The notes: generated by a model not told the origin, from the letters alone. Positions 36,298 through 44,251 are shown, counted from the stretch's first letter. The stretch: 44,293 bases of DNA from an uncultured Gammaproteobacteria bacterium (GCA_964367355.1 CAYIWY010000007.1:37961-82253), one strand, 5' to 3'. Numbers and translations are program-made.

Positions 36298-36996
36298 TTA
36301 AAAAGCTCCAGTAGTTATGTATGTTAAAACTTGTTGGTAGGTTCCAGCGGCAGTAGTTGCAGCATTGATTGAAGCTGCATAACAAAGTGTTGTCGTCTCG
36401 GCAGTGTAGGTAGGACCGTTTTTGTAGGCAACTGATTGTGGTGCAGCGGTGATTGGACTTGCAGTAAACGGAGTATTACTACAATCAGTGTCCTGAGAAA
36501 TATCTCGGCCAGCTTGAGAAGTTGCTAGACCGTATTCTTCTGCGCCTGCAGTCACAGCCCCATCACCAACCTGATCAATATCTGCTGTTCCATAACGAAG
36601 TTCACCATCTTCAACTACCCTTGTTGTATAACCCCCCACATTTGTTGTAACTGCAACAGAATGGCTTAGGGTTGAAACAGCAGAACCTGTAAGTGTACCG
36701 AGATTAATAACGTTTGAACTGAGTGTTACTGTGATTTTTGGAATGTCAGCGATAACACATTGAAAACCACTACAAGCTCGGTAATTGGTTGAGTTACCGA
36801 TACCAGGAGCAAAGCCGCCACCGGTGTCGGTCAAATTGTAACTAGCCGAGTTTTTTGCGCCCCCAAAATCACCAAACTCGCCTTCAAGTTTATAGTTGGT
36901 TGAGCTCGAGGGAAAAGCATAAGCTAGGCCAGCAAAAGAAAAGGATAGCAGAAAGAGGGTGAGATAGATTAAAATTGTACCAGAGAGTTTTGGCAT
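36298..36996 (-). CDS. Secreted surface (fibre or pilin-like) protein, paralog of 35181..36290
   Basis: Signal peptide LIYLTLFLLSFSFAGLAYA. GAEEYGLATS and the C-terminal AAGTYQQVLTYITTGAF parallel the upstream gene. Confidence 0.5.
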   Translation of the reverse strand: MPKLSGTILIYLTLFLLSFSFAGLAYAFPSSSTNYKLEGEFGDFGGAKNSASYNLTDTGGGFAPGIGNSTNYRACSGFQCVIADIPKITVTLSSNVINLGTLTGSAVSTLSHSVAVTTNVGGYTTRVVEDGELRYGTADIDQVGDGAVTAGAEEYGLATSQAGRDISQDTDCSNTPFTASPITAAPQSVAYKNGPTYTAETTTLCYAASINAATTAAGTYQQVLTYITTGAF

Positions 36997-37109
36997 AATT
37001 AAATTTTAGTGTAGTTAAAATAGATTAGCAAATTACAGGTTCTTGAAAACGCGGCAAAAGTATGTGAAAATTAGCCGAAAGTTTAAAAGTGAAACTTTTC
37101 GAATATAAA

Positions 37110-39881
37110 ATGTCTACAGAACGATACAACCCGAAAAAAATACAGGCCAGGTGGCAGAAGAAATGGTCGACTGACAAGATTTTTGTGGTTGATTTGCAAA
37201 AATCTGCAAGGCCTTTTTTAGCCCAAGGGTCGCAAGATTTTGGCGTTAAGCCAAAATTTTACAATCTGATGATGTTCCCTTACCCCTCAGGGGATGGTCT
37301 TCACGTCGGTCACGTCTATGCTTTCGGCGGTGCCGATACCTACGGCCACTTCAAAAAAATGCAGGGTTTTGACGTTTTTGAACCCATGGGCTTTGATTCT
37401 TTCGGGATTCATTCGGAGAATTACGCACTCAAAATCAAGAAGCATCCACAACAGTTGATCGATGAGACCACAAAATACTTCCGAGAAGAGCAGCTCCAGA
37501 AGCTCGGAGCCTTGTTCGACTGGGATCACGAGGTGATCACTTCTGACATACATTATTATAGATGGACACAGTGGCTCTTTGTCCAATTGTTTAAAGCGGG
37601 GTTAGCGGTCAGAAAGAAGGCCGCGGTTGATTGGTGCCCAAGTTGTAAAACAGTTTTAGCCGACGAGCAAGTGATAGCCGGTAACTGTGAGCGCTGCGGT
37701 ACCGAAGTGATTCAGAAGGAGCTTGAACAATGGTTCTTTAAAATTACCGTTTACGCACAAAAACTACTGGATAATCTCGAGACTATCGATTGGTCTGAAA
37801 CCACCAAAACAATGCAGCGTAATTGGATTGGTAGAAGTGAAGGAGCTGAGATTGAATTTAGAGTTAAGAATTCAGAGTTACAACATGCGCTAGGAAGCGC
37901 GGCATTTGCTGACGCAAAAGTATCGGAATCATTTGCTGACGCAAAAGTAAAAGTTTATACAACCAGGCCAGACACAATTTTTGGTGCTACCTTTATGGTC
38001 ATTGCGCCCGAACACCCACAAATAGATCAATTAATAACAAAAGACAACACAACAAAAGTATCAGACTATATCAATCAGGCTAGGAACAAGAGTGAAGTTG
38101 AAAGAGCCGCGGAAAAGAGTGGAGTTTTTACTGGAAGTTACGCCATTAACCCGTTAACTAAAAACGAAGTCCCGATTTGGGTGGCCGACTACGTTCTGAT
38201 GGGGTATGGAACCGGGGCAGTCATGGCCGTTCCGGCCCACGATCAGAGAGACTTTGAGTTTGCCAAGAAGTACGATTTGGAGATTAAAGCTGTCATCTCG
38301 AGTGAGTCTGCGAGCGAGAGATCTCTCACTGGCGTTCGAGATGACAAAGAAGACAATTTGAAAGAGGCCTTCGTAGGTGAGGGAAAGTTAGTTAATTCAG
38401 GAGAGTTTAACGGACTAACTTCAGAAGAGGCTAAAGAGAAGATATCAGAATATATCGAAAGCAAAAATATTGGATCAAGAAAAGTTAACTTTCATTTGCG
38501 TGATTGGTTAATCTCCAGGCAGCGTTACTGGGGCCCACCAATCCCAATGATTCACTGTGAAAACTGCGCAAAACAAGGCAAGAGTTGGTTTACGACTGAA
38601 GAAGCAGAGAAAAGATTAAAGGATCAAAGCTCACAGATGAAAGAAAAAAACACTAGCCAAGATCTTAAATCTGAAATGCCTGGTTGGCCCGCCCGCCACG
38701 CGAGCGAGAGCGTTGCGGGTTGGTACCCAGTTGCGGAAGAAGATTTACCGGTGAAACTTCCGGAGGTTGAGGACTATCAACCAAAAGGTTCAGGCGTTAG
38801 TCCGTTGGCGGCGTTGGAAGATTTCGTCAACGTCAAATGCCCAGCCTGCGGTTCAAATGCAAAAAGGGAAACCGACGTCTCCGACACATTTTTAGATTCG
38901 AGTTGGTATTTTCTTAGGTATCCCTCTGTTGGAATTAAGAATTCAGAGCATGCGCTCGGAAGCGCGGCATTTGCTAACGCAAAAGTATCGGAATCATTTG
39001 CTAACGCAAAAGTTGAGCTTCCCTGGAACCAAGAAATAACCAAGAAATGGTTGCCGGTTGACAGCTACATTGGCGGCAATGAACACGCTGTTCTGCATTT
39101 GCTTTACAGCCGGTTTATCACCATGGCGCTGCACGACATGGGTTTGATCGATTTTGAAGAACCATTCAAAAAGTTTCGCGCTCACGGCTTGATAATTTAC
39201 AAGGGTGCCAAGATGAGTAAGTCGCGCGGAAACGTGGTCAACCCCAACGAATATATCGATGCCTACGGCAGCGACGCTCTGAAAATGTACCTGCTATTCA
39301 TTGGGCCGTTTGAGCTTGGGGGAGAGTTTAACGATCGGGCGATAACCGGTGTCTACCGCTTTTTGAATAGAGTTTGGACTTTGGTTCAAGAAGGTAAGTT
39401 TGTAACTAACACAGACCCAGTCTTAGCAAACGAGCTAAATAAACTCAATTCTAAGGTTGAATCAGATCTGGAAAACCTGAAATTTAATACAGCCATCGCC
39501 GCATTAATGGAGTTTTTAAACGAACTTTATAAAAACCGTTCAAGCCTATCGCGGGAAATCGTGGTTAATTACCTACTTTTACTAGCCCCACTTGCACCAT
39601 TCACAACTGAAGAACTTTGGGAAATTCTGGGCGAAACAAGCTCAATTCACCTGCAGAAATGGCCAGATCAACTTAATACCACGGTCAAAGAAGAGCAAGA
39701 TACGATTATTATCCAAGTCAACGGTCGTTTCCGCGATAAAATTGAGGTTGACAAAGATGTTTCTAAGGAAGAAGTTAGCCGCTTGGCTCTTGACCAACCC
39801 AAAGTGAAGACTTACACTCAAAATAAGCAGCCTAAAAATATTATCTACGTGGCTGGTAAGTTGATTAACATTGTAATTTAA
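37110..39881 (+). CDS. leuS: Leucyl-tRNA synthetase with lineage-specific insertions
   Basis: The track starts at GTG 37089. An ATG at 37110 gives MSTERYNPKKIQARWQKKW, the canonical LeuRS N-terminus. HIGH motif (HVGHVY), TTRPDTIFGATF of the CP1 editing domain, and KMSKS (GAKMSKSRGN). Confidence 0.95.
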   Translation: MSTERYNPKKIQARWQKKWSTDKIFVVDLQKSARPFLAQGSQDFGVKPKFYNLMMFPYPSGDGLHVGHVYAFGGADTYGHFKKMQGFDVFEPMGFDSFGIHSENYALKIKKHPQQLIDETTKYFREEQLQKLGALFDWDHEVITSDIHYYRWTQWLFVQLFKAGLAVRKKAAVDWCPSCKTVLADEQVIAGNCERCGTEVIQKELEQWFFKITVYAQKLLDNLETIDWSETTKTMQRNWIGRSEGAEIEFRVKNSELQHALGSAAFADAKVSESFADAKVKVYTTRPDTIFGATFMVIAPEHPQIDQLITKDNTTKVSDYINQARNKSEVERAAEKSGVFTGSYAINPLTKNEVPIWVADYVLMGYGTGAVMAVPAHDQRDFEFAKKYDLEIKAVISSESASERSLTGVRDDKEDNLKEAFVGEGKLVNSGEFNGLTSEEAKEKISEYIESKNIGSRKVNFHLRDWLISRQRYWGPPIPMIHCENCAKQGKSWFTTEEAEKRLKDQSSQMKEKNTSQDLKSEMPGWPARHASESVAGWYPVAEEDLPVKLPEVEDYQPKGSGVSPLAALEDFVNVKCPACGSNAKRETDVSDTFLDSSWYFLRYPSVGIKNSEHALGSAAFANAKVSESFANAKVELPWNQEITKKWLPVDSYIGGNEHAVLHLLYSRFITMALHDMGLIDFEEPFKKFRAHGLIIYKGAKMSKSRGNVVNPNEYIDAYGSDALKMYLLFIGPFELGGEFNDRAITGVYRFLNRVWTLVQEGKFVTNTDPVLANELNKLNSKVESDLENLKFNTAIAALMEFLNELYKNRSSLSREIVVNYLLLLAPLAPFTTEELWEILGETSSIHLQKWPDQLNTTVKEEQDTIIIQVNGRFRDKIEVDKDVSKEEVSRLALDQPKVKTYTQNKQPKNIIYVAGKLINIVI
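37864..37948 (+). repeat. In-frame repeat element, copy 1, inside leuS
   Basis: ttaagaattcagag(ttacaa)catgcgctaggaagcgcggcatttgctgacgcaaaagtatcggaatcatttgctgacgcaaaagt. Encodes KNSELQHALGSAAFADAKVSESFADAKV. Confidence 0.8.
38935..39013 (+). repeat. In-frame repeat element, copy 2, inside leuS
   Basis: 79 nt. Differs from copy 1 by three substitutions and one 6-nt indel (counted by eye). Encodes KNSEHALGSAAFANAKVSESFANAKV. Confidence 0.8.
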
Positions 39882-39890
39882 TTTCCCTTA

Positions 39891-40307
39891 ATGACTAGTA
39901 ATCTCAGAGATGACAACTACCTTATTTCTCGGCTCGATCATTTATGGAGCACTTATTTTGGTGATGTAACCCAAACCAATAAAGTTTTTATCAAGTTTGG
40001 ACGTTCTTCAAAATACCGCTTTGGTTCGATCCGTTTAACTCCAAAAGACAAAAGTAGCCGAGTCATAATTAACGGTATGTTTCGCGACCCAAAGTACCCA
40101 AGCGAAATTATCGATCATACAATTGCCCATGAACTAGTTCATTACACGCAAGGTTTTTCCTCACCGCATCCAAAAATGCATGCCTATCCTCATCGTGGGG
40201 GAGTAATCGATAAAGAACTTAACGCCCGCGGACTCAAACATCTGGTTTTTATCTATAATGTTTGGGTTGTGGATTATAAACGTTCTCTAGGAATAGTAAC
40301 TAAATAA
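39891..40307 (+). CDS. HExxH zinc-metallopeptidase-like protein (SprT/DUF45-like)
   Basis: IIDHTIAHELVHYTQG..H motif. 138 aa. Starts 10 nt after the leuS stop. Confidence 0.45.
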   Translation: MTSNLRDDNYLISRLDHLWSTYFGDVTQTNKVFIKFGRSSKYRFGSIRLTPKDKSSRVIINGMFRDPKYPSEIIDHTIAHELVHYTQGFSSPHPKMHAYPHRGGVIDKELNARGLKHLVFIYNVWVVDYKRSLGIVTK

Positions 40308-40370
40308 GGTTGGAACGTTTCATTTTCACTTTGTGAAAAAGTAAACGGAGTTTGGGCTAAAAGTTAAAAT

Positions 40371-40406
40371 TAGCCTGCAATATACTCCAAGGACGGGCCT
40401 TGTCAA
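40371..40406. repeat. Copy D: 36-bp direct repeat tagcctgcaatatactccaaggacgggccttgtcaa. On the minus strand it reads TTGACA-N16-TATATT
   Basis: 35/36 identical to 41169-41204. Lies 5 nt beyond the brnA stop codon. Confidence 0.7.
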
Positions 40407-40411
40407 TGATA

Positions 40412-40672
40412 TTATTCTTTGGTAGAGCGGTGGAGGATAGAGGATGCAAGGGTTTGATATGGTATTCCTTCCTCGGCTGCTTTAACTTTCAACTTGTGTA
40501 AATCCCTTTCGGTCAAGCGAATATTAATGTTTCTGGTTTTATTTAATGTATTTCTGGCCGCTTCTTCAAGCAATGCTTTTTCCTTGGCAAAATCTTTAAC
40601 TCTAACTAATTTGCCTTCTTCAAAGGCCTTTACGATTTCTTCTTCTTCTTCATCTAAAGTATAGTACTTCAT
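40412..40672 (-). CDS. brnA: BrnA-like (RHH/CopG-type) antitoxin
   Basis: C-terminal INIRLTERDLHKLKVKAAEEGIPYQTLASSILH matches the BrnA pattern (ISLRLP...L..LK..A....VPYQSLIK..L). Lies 4 nt downstream of the toxin gene. Confidence 0.7.
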   Translation of the reverse strand: MKYYTLDEEEEEIVKAFEEGKLVRVKDFAKEKALLEEAARNTLNKTRNINIRLTERDLHKLKVKAAEEGIPYQTLASSILHRSTKE

Positions 40673-40675
40673 AAT

Positions 40676-40948
40676 TTATTTACTCCTTAAATATTTTTTA
40701 GTCGCCTTTCTGTTAGGAATAATAGTTTTTAAAAAAGTTTTTTTCTCCTCCCTAACATAAGGCACTAAGTAAGCATAATTATTAATTTCTACAACCATAA
40801 TTCTTTGATTAGGATAACGTCTTTGGTTGGGGTGAGGGAACGTATCCAGTAATCGACCTTCTTCTACAGCTAATTTTACTTCTTCAAAACCAATGTTTCT
40901 TTCTTTGTTTAACTTTTTATTCTTTTCCTCATCCCAATCAAAGTACAC
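40676..40948 (-). CDS. brnT: BrnT-like (DUF497) ribonuclease toxin
   Basis: N-terminal YFDWDEEKNKKLNKERNIGFEEV matches (F/I)xWDExKxxxNxxKHGxxFeE. C-terminal IIPNRKATKKY matches ISxRxAxxxE. Toxin-first gene order, as in brnTA. Confidence 0.75.
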   Translation of the reverse strand: MYFDWDEEKNKKLNKERNIGFEEVKLAVEEGRLLDTFPHPNQRRYPNQRIMVVEINNYAYLVPYVREEKKTFLKTIIPNRKATKKYLRSK

Positions 40949-40954
40949 ACGATT

Positions 40955-40983
40955 ATTTTATGACAAAACATATGATTTGTCAA
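40955..40983 (-). promoter_or_regulatory. Consensus-like sigma70 promoter of brnTA with an embedded inverted repeat
   Basis: The minus strand reads TTGACA (40983-40978), a 17-nt spacer, then TAAAAT (40960-40955). The spacer carries TGACAAA-N8-TTTGTCA. The GTG start at 40948 is only 6 nt past the -10 element, which suggests a leaderless or near-leaderless mRNA. Confidence 0.55.
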
Positions 40984-41168
40984 TTTTAAACAGTTGGAAA
41001 ATTTTTCCTGCGGAAACTAGAGGACAGCCCTGCACTTTTTTAACCTGTCTGCCGACAGGCAGGCGCGTCGAAGCTAACGCCGGTTTTAACCCACTTTACG
41101 AGCATTGCGTTAAGCGATAATTTAATATTCATCTTTATCCTTAATACTTGTAACATGACACTTGTTTC

Positions 41169-41204
41169 TAGCCTGTAATATACTCCAAGGACGGGCCTTG
41201 TCAA
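41169..41204. repeat. Copy E: 36-bp direct repeat tagcctgtaatatactccaaggacgggccttgtcaa. On the minus strand it reads TTGACA-N16-TATATT
   Basis: 35/36 identical to 40371-40406. Lies about 110 nt beyond the stop of 41313..42752. Confidence 0.7.
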
Positions 41205-41312
41205 AAATCAAAAGACTAAAGATAAAAGACAAAAGATTAAAGAACAGATCTCCTAACCCTAACCTTTGATCTTTCATCTGGAATCTCTCATCCTTCGTCT
41301 GTAATCTGTAAT

Positions 41313-42752
41313 CTAATTGACAATCCACCAATCGAAGGATAGGTCAAAGTTTAGAGCTTGATCGAGTTCAACTGTGAAATCTTGATCAGGATTTTTTGAA
41401 GCAATAAATAGCGATTGGCCTTTGGCCGAATTCAAGAGCGAGGTGAATATTTTCGAATTAGCCTTAACCAAGCTTGATTCTATAATTACCGAAGTTTCTC
41501 CGGCTTTAATTACCATCGTGCCGGAAGTTTTATCGCCGGCTATTTTGAGTTCGCCGGTAGTTAGATCCTCTGTCTCGATCGACTTGGCAATCAGTTTATT
41601 GGAAATTGTCAGATCGCCAATTAAGTTAATGGAACCGGAGATTTCAAGCTGACCTTTACTATCAAGCTTGATCAGGTTGGACCCAAGAGTGATCGAGTTA
41701 TTGACAACCAAGTTGTCAGTCGTGATGTTGATCGCGACCAAGTCGGCGGTGGTAATATTTTCCATTCCGGTTAATGTGGTTGGCAGCCCAGCGTTTAGTG
41801 GTGGTGCCCAGTAACCACCTTGGACAAAAACCAGGATTTTCCCCTGACAAGGCCCGGCCTTGTCAATGTCGCAGGCAAAACTTTCAAGTGCCTTTCCAAC
41901 AATCGGTCCAGGTTGAGTGGCTTTCATTGCAACCCCAGGGGTTGAAGAAGACGTTAGATAATCACCAACTTCAATTGGGCCGTTCTCACTTGAAACTTTG
42001 GTTGGCACGCGTCCCGCGAGTGCAAGTTTCGCCAAGTATTGTGGTTTTCCAAGTTCGTCAGGATTATCAATAAATGTTGGATCGGTACTTTGAATTCCCA
42101 GTAAGGTTTTTTGATAAGGCGAACCAGATTTCTTGACCGTAAAATCAGTTGCAGCCGTATCAATTGCCAAAACATCACCAGCTTCTAAGGACTCACTGGC
42201 AACTGCTCGTTCGGCGATATCAAAGGTTCCGGTCCGGTTCCAGTAGCTACAAGTTCCACCAGTTCCTTTCCAGAAAATTCGAGTATTAGTGGAGTCAAAA
42301 CCAAAGTCACCATTGGCTAGGGAAGCACAAGTTGGTGCGGCTTGGGCGGTATTAAGATTGAAACCAACGGCGGTGGTTGAGCCACCCGAGGCAGTAATTG
42401 CTCCACTAAAATAATTGAGTCCACCAGCAGAGTAGATCGAATAGCTAGTCGTAGATCCAAATTGGTTGGCGATATACAAACCATAACTGGTGGTTGTACT
42501 GGCATCCCCAAAATTAACAATATTGATTCCATATGCAGTTGTTGGCACTGAACTTAACCAAGTTTTTGATAAGCTGAGTCCGTAAGCGGTGGTAATTGCA
42601 CCACCAATTCCACCTGCGGATCTTACAGCAATAAATGTACCGTAAAGAGAGGTAATTGCAGTATTGGAAGATTGGTATGCGGTAATTTGAGCGCCTAGTA
42701 CTGAGGAAGCGGTTGAACCAACCCCACCCTGCCAGTTGGCGCTGGTGACCAA
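41313..42752 (-). CDS. C-terminal fragment of a frameshifted fibre gene (IMC/G2-like domain plus a conserved tail module)
   Basis: The track ORF begins at an arbitrary TTG. The same frame stays open upstream to the stop at 42927-42929 and reads fibre-like sequence there (GNSAFGGNASVNANRIIYADESFTGSG..). It contains LALAGRVPTKVSSENGPIEVGDYLTSSSTPGVAMKATQPGPIVGKAL. Confidence 0.8.
   Translation of the reverse strand: MVTSANWQGGVGSTASSVLGAQITAYQSSNTAITSLYGTFIAVRSAGGIGGAITTAYGLSLSKTWLSSVPTTAYGINIVNFGDASTTTSYGLYIANQFGSTTSYSIYSAGGLNYFSGAITASGGSTTAVGFNLNTAQAAPTCASLANGDFGFDSTNTRIFWKGTGGTCSYWNRTGTFDIAERAVASESLEAGDVLAIDTAATDFTVKKSGSPYQKTLLGIQSTDPTFIDNPDELGKPQYLAKLALAGRVPTKVSSENGPIEVGDYLTSSSTPGVAMKATQPGPIVGKALESFACDIDKAGPCQGKILVFVQGGYWAPPLNAGLPTTLTGMENITTADLVAINITTDNLVVNNSITLGSNLIKLDSKGQLEISGSINLIGDLTISNKLIAKSIETEDLTTGELKIAGDKTSGTMVIKAGETSVIIESSLVKANSKIFTSLLNSAKGQSLFIASKNPDQDFTVELDQALNFDLSFDWWIVN
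41845..41866. repeat. Copy F of the palindrome family (tgacaaggcccggccttgtcaa) inside the coding sequence of 41313..42752
   Basis: Identical 22-mer to copy C but read in a different frame, as DIDKAGPCQ. Confidence 0.7.
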
Positions 42753-42850
42753 ACCCTCTAAAATTATTGGCGTATTTGTTCCAGTATAGAAAGCGTTAAG
42801 CTCTTCTCCATAAAAGGTACCGCTACCGGTGAAACTCTCATCGGCATAAA

Positions 42851-44251
42851 TTATTCGGTTAGCGTTGACACTGGCGTTGCCACCAAAAGCGGAGTTTCCC
42901 CAGCAACAGCCAGAGTAGTAGCGATACTAAGGCCACCACCGGCGGTGAAGTTAGTCCCGGCGGCACCAATATTGGTTGCGAGATTATTATTAAAATTTAT
43001 GTTTCCGGCCATAGTTCCACCGCCTAAAGGAAGGTAATTTGAAGCAGTAATTGTATCGGGAATGGCAGCGTCACCAACACAATTAGTACAAGTGAAGGTT
43101 CCCAAGACACTCAAAGTCGTTCCGGCATCAAGTGTCAAAGTTCCGGAGGTAAAGTTATCCGAAGTATCAGATCGTAAGAATTGAGTTGAATCGATTGAAT
43201 CAAGCAAGTCAGCATCAACCCCACTGCCAGCTAAATTAAATGTGATCGTGTTGTTGGCATCATTAGCTGTGATCGTGACTCCGGCACCAGCAACAAAGGA
43301 AATATCCCCACCATTATTTTTAACTCCAGCAATACTGGAAACAGCTTCGTTGATTAGTGAAAGAGCAAAAGTATTACCGGTTCGGGCGACATTTATTCCG
43401 GTTCCGGTCAGGTTTAATCCCGAAAGGCCAGTGTTAACCGAGGTATCGGCAATATCTTTTATCGTCGCGGCTGTCCAAAATTGATCAGAACTACAGGTTA
43501 AAAGCTGGGCAATGTCGAGGGTTAGCACACACGCCCCAGTTGCTCCGGAGAGGTTAGGAAAGGTAATTTCTTTACTCAAAATCTTTTTTACATCGATCGT
43601 TTCAACCTCTAGGCTATCGTTAGTAATCAGAGAATTATCGGCAGAAATAGGAGCCGAGGAGTCAGAGATAATGGTTTTTTGGATTACGACTTCTTGTTTT
43701 TCGTTAATTGTTATAACTTTGTTCACATTGGTTAAGCCTAGTGGATCAGTTGAATTGGAGTTAGCAGGTTTGGCTTCTTTGATAAATTCCGCTAGAACTT
43801 TACCTACGGGGCGACCAACACTTTTTTTAAAGCTCGAATCGGGGAGGTTGATAAACACACTGGTTGATAAAAAGATGACAAAACCGACCGATCCGAGCAT
43901 TAACAGAGATTTACTAGCACCTTTGTAAGCGCTTACCAGGGTCGAGAGATCCATTGGTTTTTTTAGAAATTTCTTTCTCTCTTCGTCCAAAATCTTTTTT
44001 ATTTCCTCGACACTTTTTCCTGCCTTCAACATATTGTCAATAAAAACTAGACGATCAAGAGCAGTGGCGGGAAACTGACCGTTGAGAAGGCGGGGGACTA
44101 GGCTCGCATTAACATAATTTTCAATTGTTTGGTGGTGGTTATCCCCAAGCTCAACACCGTGGTCTAAAGCACGGCCGATGAGTTGGTCAATATTAATTAA
44201 TTGATCGCGTTGATATGGACTTTGTTCTAAATACATGGGATGAGTTCGCAA
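42851..44251 (-). CDS. N-terminal fragment of the same fibre gene (MerR-like HTH, TM helix, tail-fibre repeats)
   Basis: TTG at 44251, or ATG at 44236 (MYLEQSPYQ..). MerR-like segment TIENYVNASLVPRLL...LDRLVFIDNMLKAGKSVEEIKKIL. TM helix SLLMLGSVGFVIFLSTSVFINL. Fibre motifs DSIDSTQFLRSDTSDNFTSGTLTL and IPDTITASNYLPLGGGTMAG. Confidence 0.8.
   Translation of the reverse strand: MRTHPMYLEQSPYQRDQLINIDQLIGRALDHGVELGDNHHQTIENYVNASLVPRLLNGQFPATALDRLVFIDNMLKAGKSVEEIKKILDEERKKFLKKPMDLSTLVSAYKGASKSLLMLGSVGFVIFLSTSVFINLPDSSFKKSVGRPVGKVLAEFIKEAKPANSNSTDPLGLTNVNKVITINEKQEVVIQKTIISDSSAPISADNSLITNDSLEVETIDVKKILSKEITFPNLSGATGACVLTLDIAQLLTCSSDQFWTAATIKDIADTSVNTGLSGLNLTGTGINVARTGNTFALSLINEAVSSIAGVKNNGGDISFVAGAGVTITANDANNTITFNLAGSGVDADLLDSIDSTQFLRSDTSDNFTSGTLTLDAGTTLSVLGTFTCTNCVGDAAIPDTITASNYLPLGGGTMAGNINFNNNLATNIGAAGTNFTAGGGLSIATTLAVAGETPLLVATPVSTLTE

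Noticed and set aside
38300-38715. Shared 11-mer gcgagcgagag at about 38308 and about 38700 in leuS (peptides ASER/ASES), as a possible second in-frame element.
   Set aside because: The match is short, the flanks do not align, and the surrounding peptides may be ordinary lineage-specific LeuRS loops. The evidence is insufficient.
40371-41204. Integron-style gene cassette (palindromic attC-like sites flanking the TA pair).
   Set aside because: There is no integron integrase or attI in the window. The repeats are direct 36-mers rather than attC-type imperfect palindromes with extrahelical bases. I kept it only as 'cassette bracketed by direct repeats'.
41249-41259. Telomere-like ttagggttagg on the minus strand of the spacer after the fibre gene.
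   Set aside because: It is a single short occurrence inside a purine/pyrimidine-skewed, terminator-like spacer with no tandem array. Most likely coincidence.
40893-41331. Track ORFs 40893..41120 (plus) and 41122..41331 (minus).
   Set aside because: They span promoter and repeat sequence between real genes, have no translation signals and give implausible peptides.
42895-42901. Programmed -1 ribosomal frameshift joining the two fibre fragments.
   Set aside because: The zero-frame context GCT GGG GAA ACT is not an X XXY YYZ slippery heptamer, and I saw no obvious downstream pseudoknot. An indel (real or an error) is the simpler explanation.
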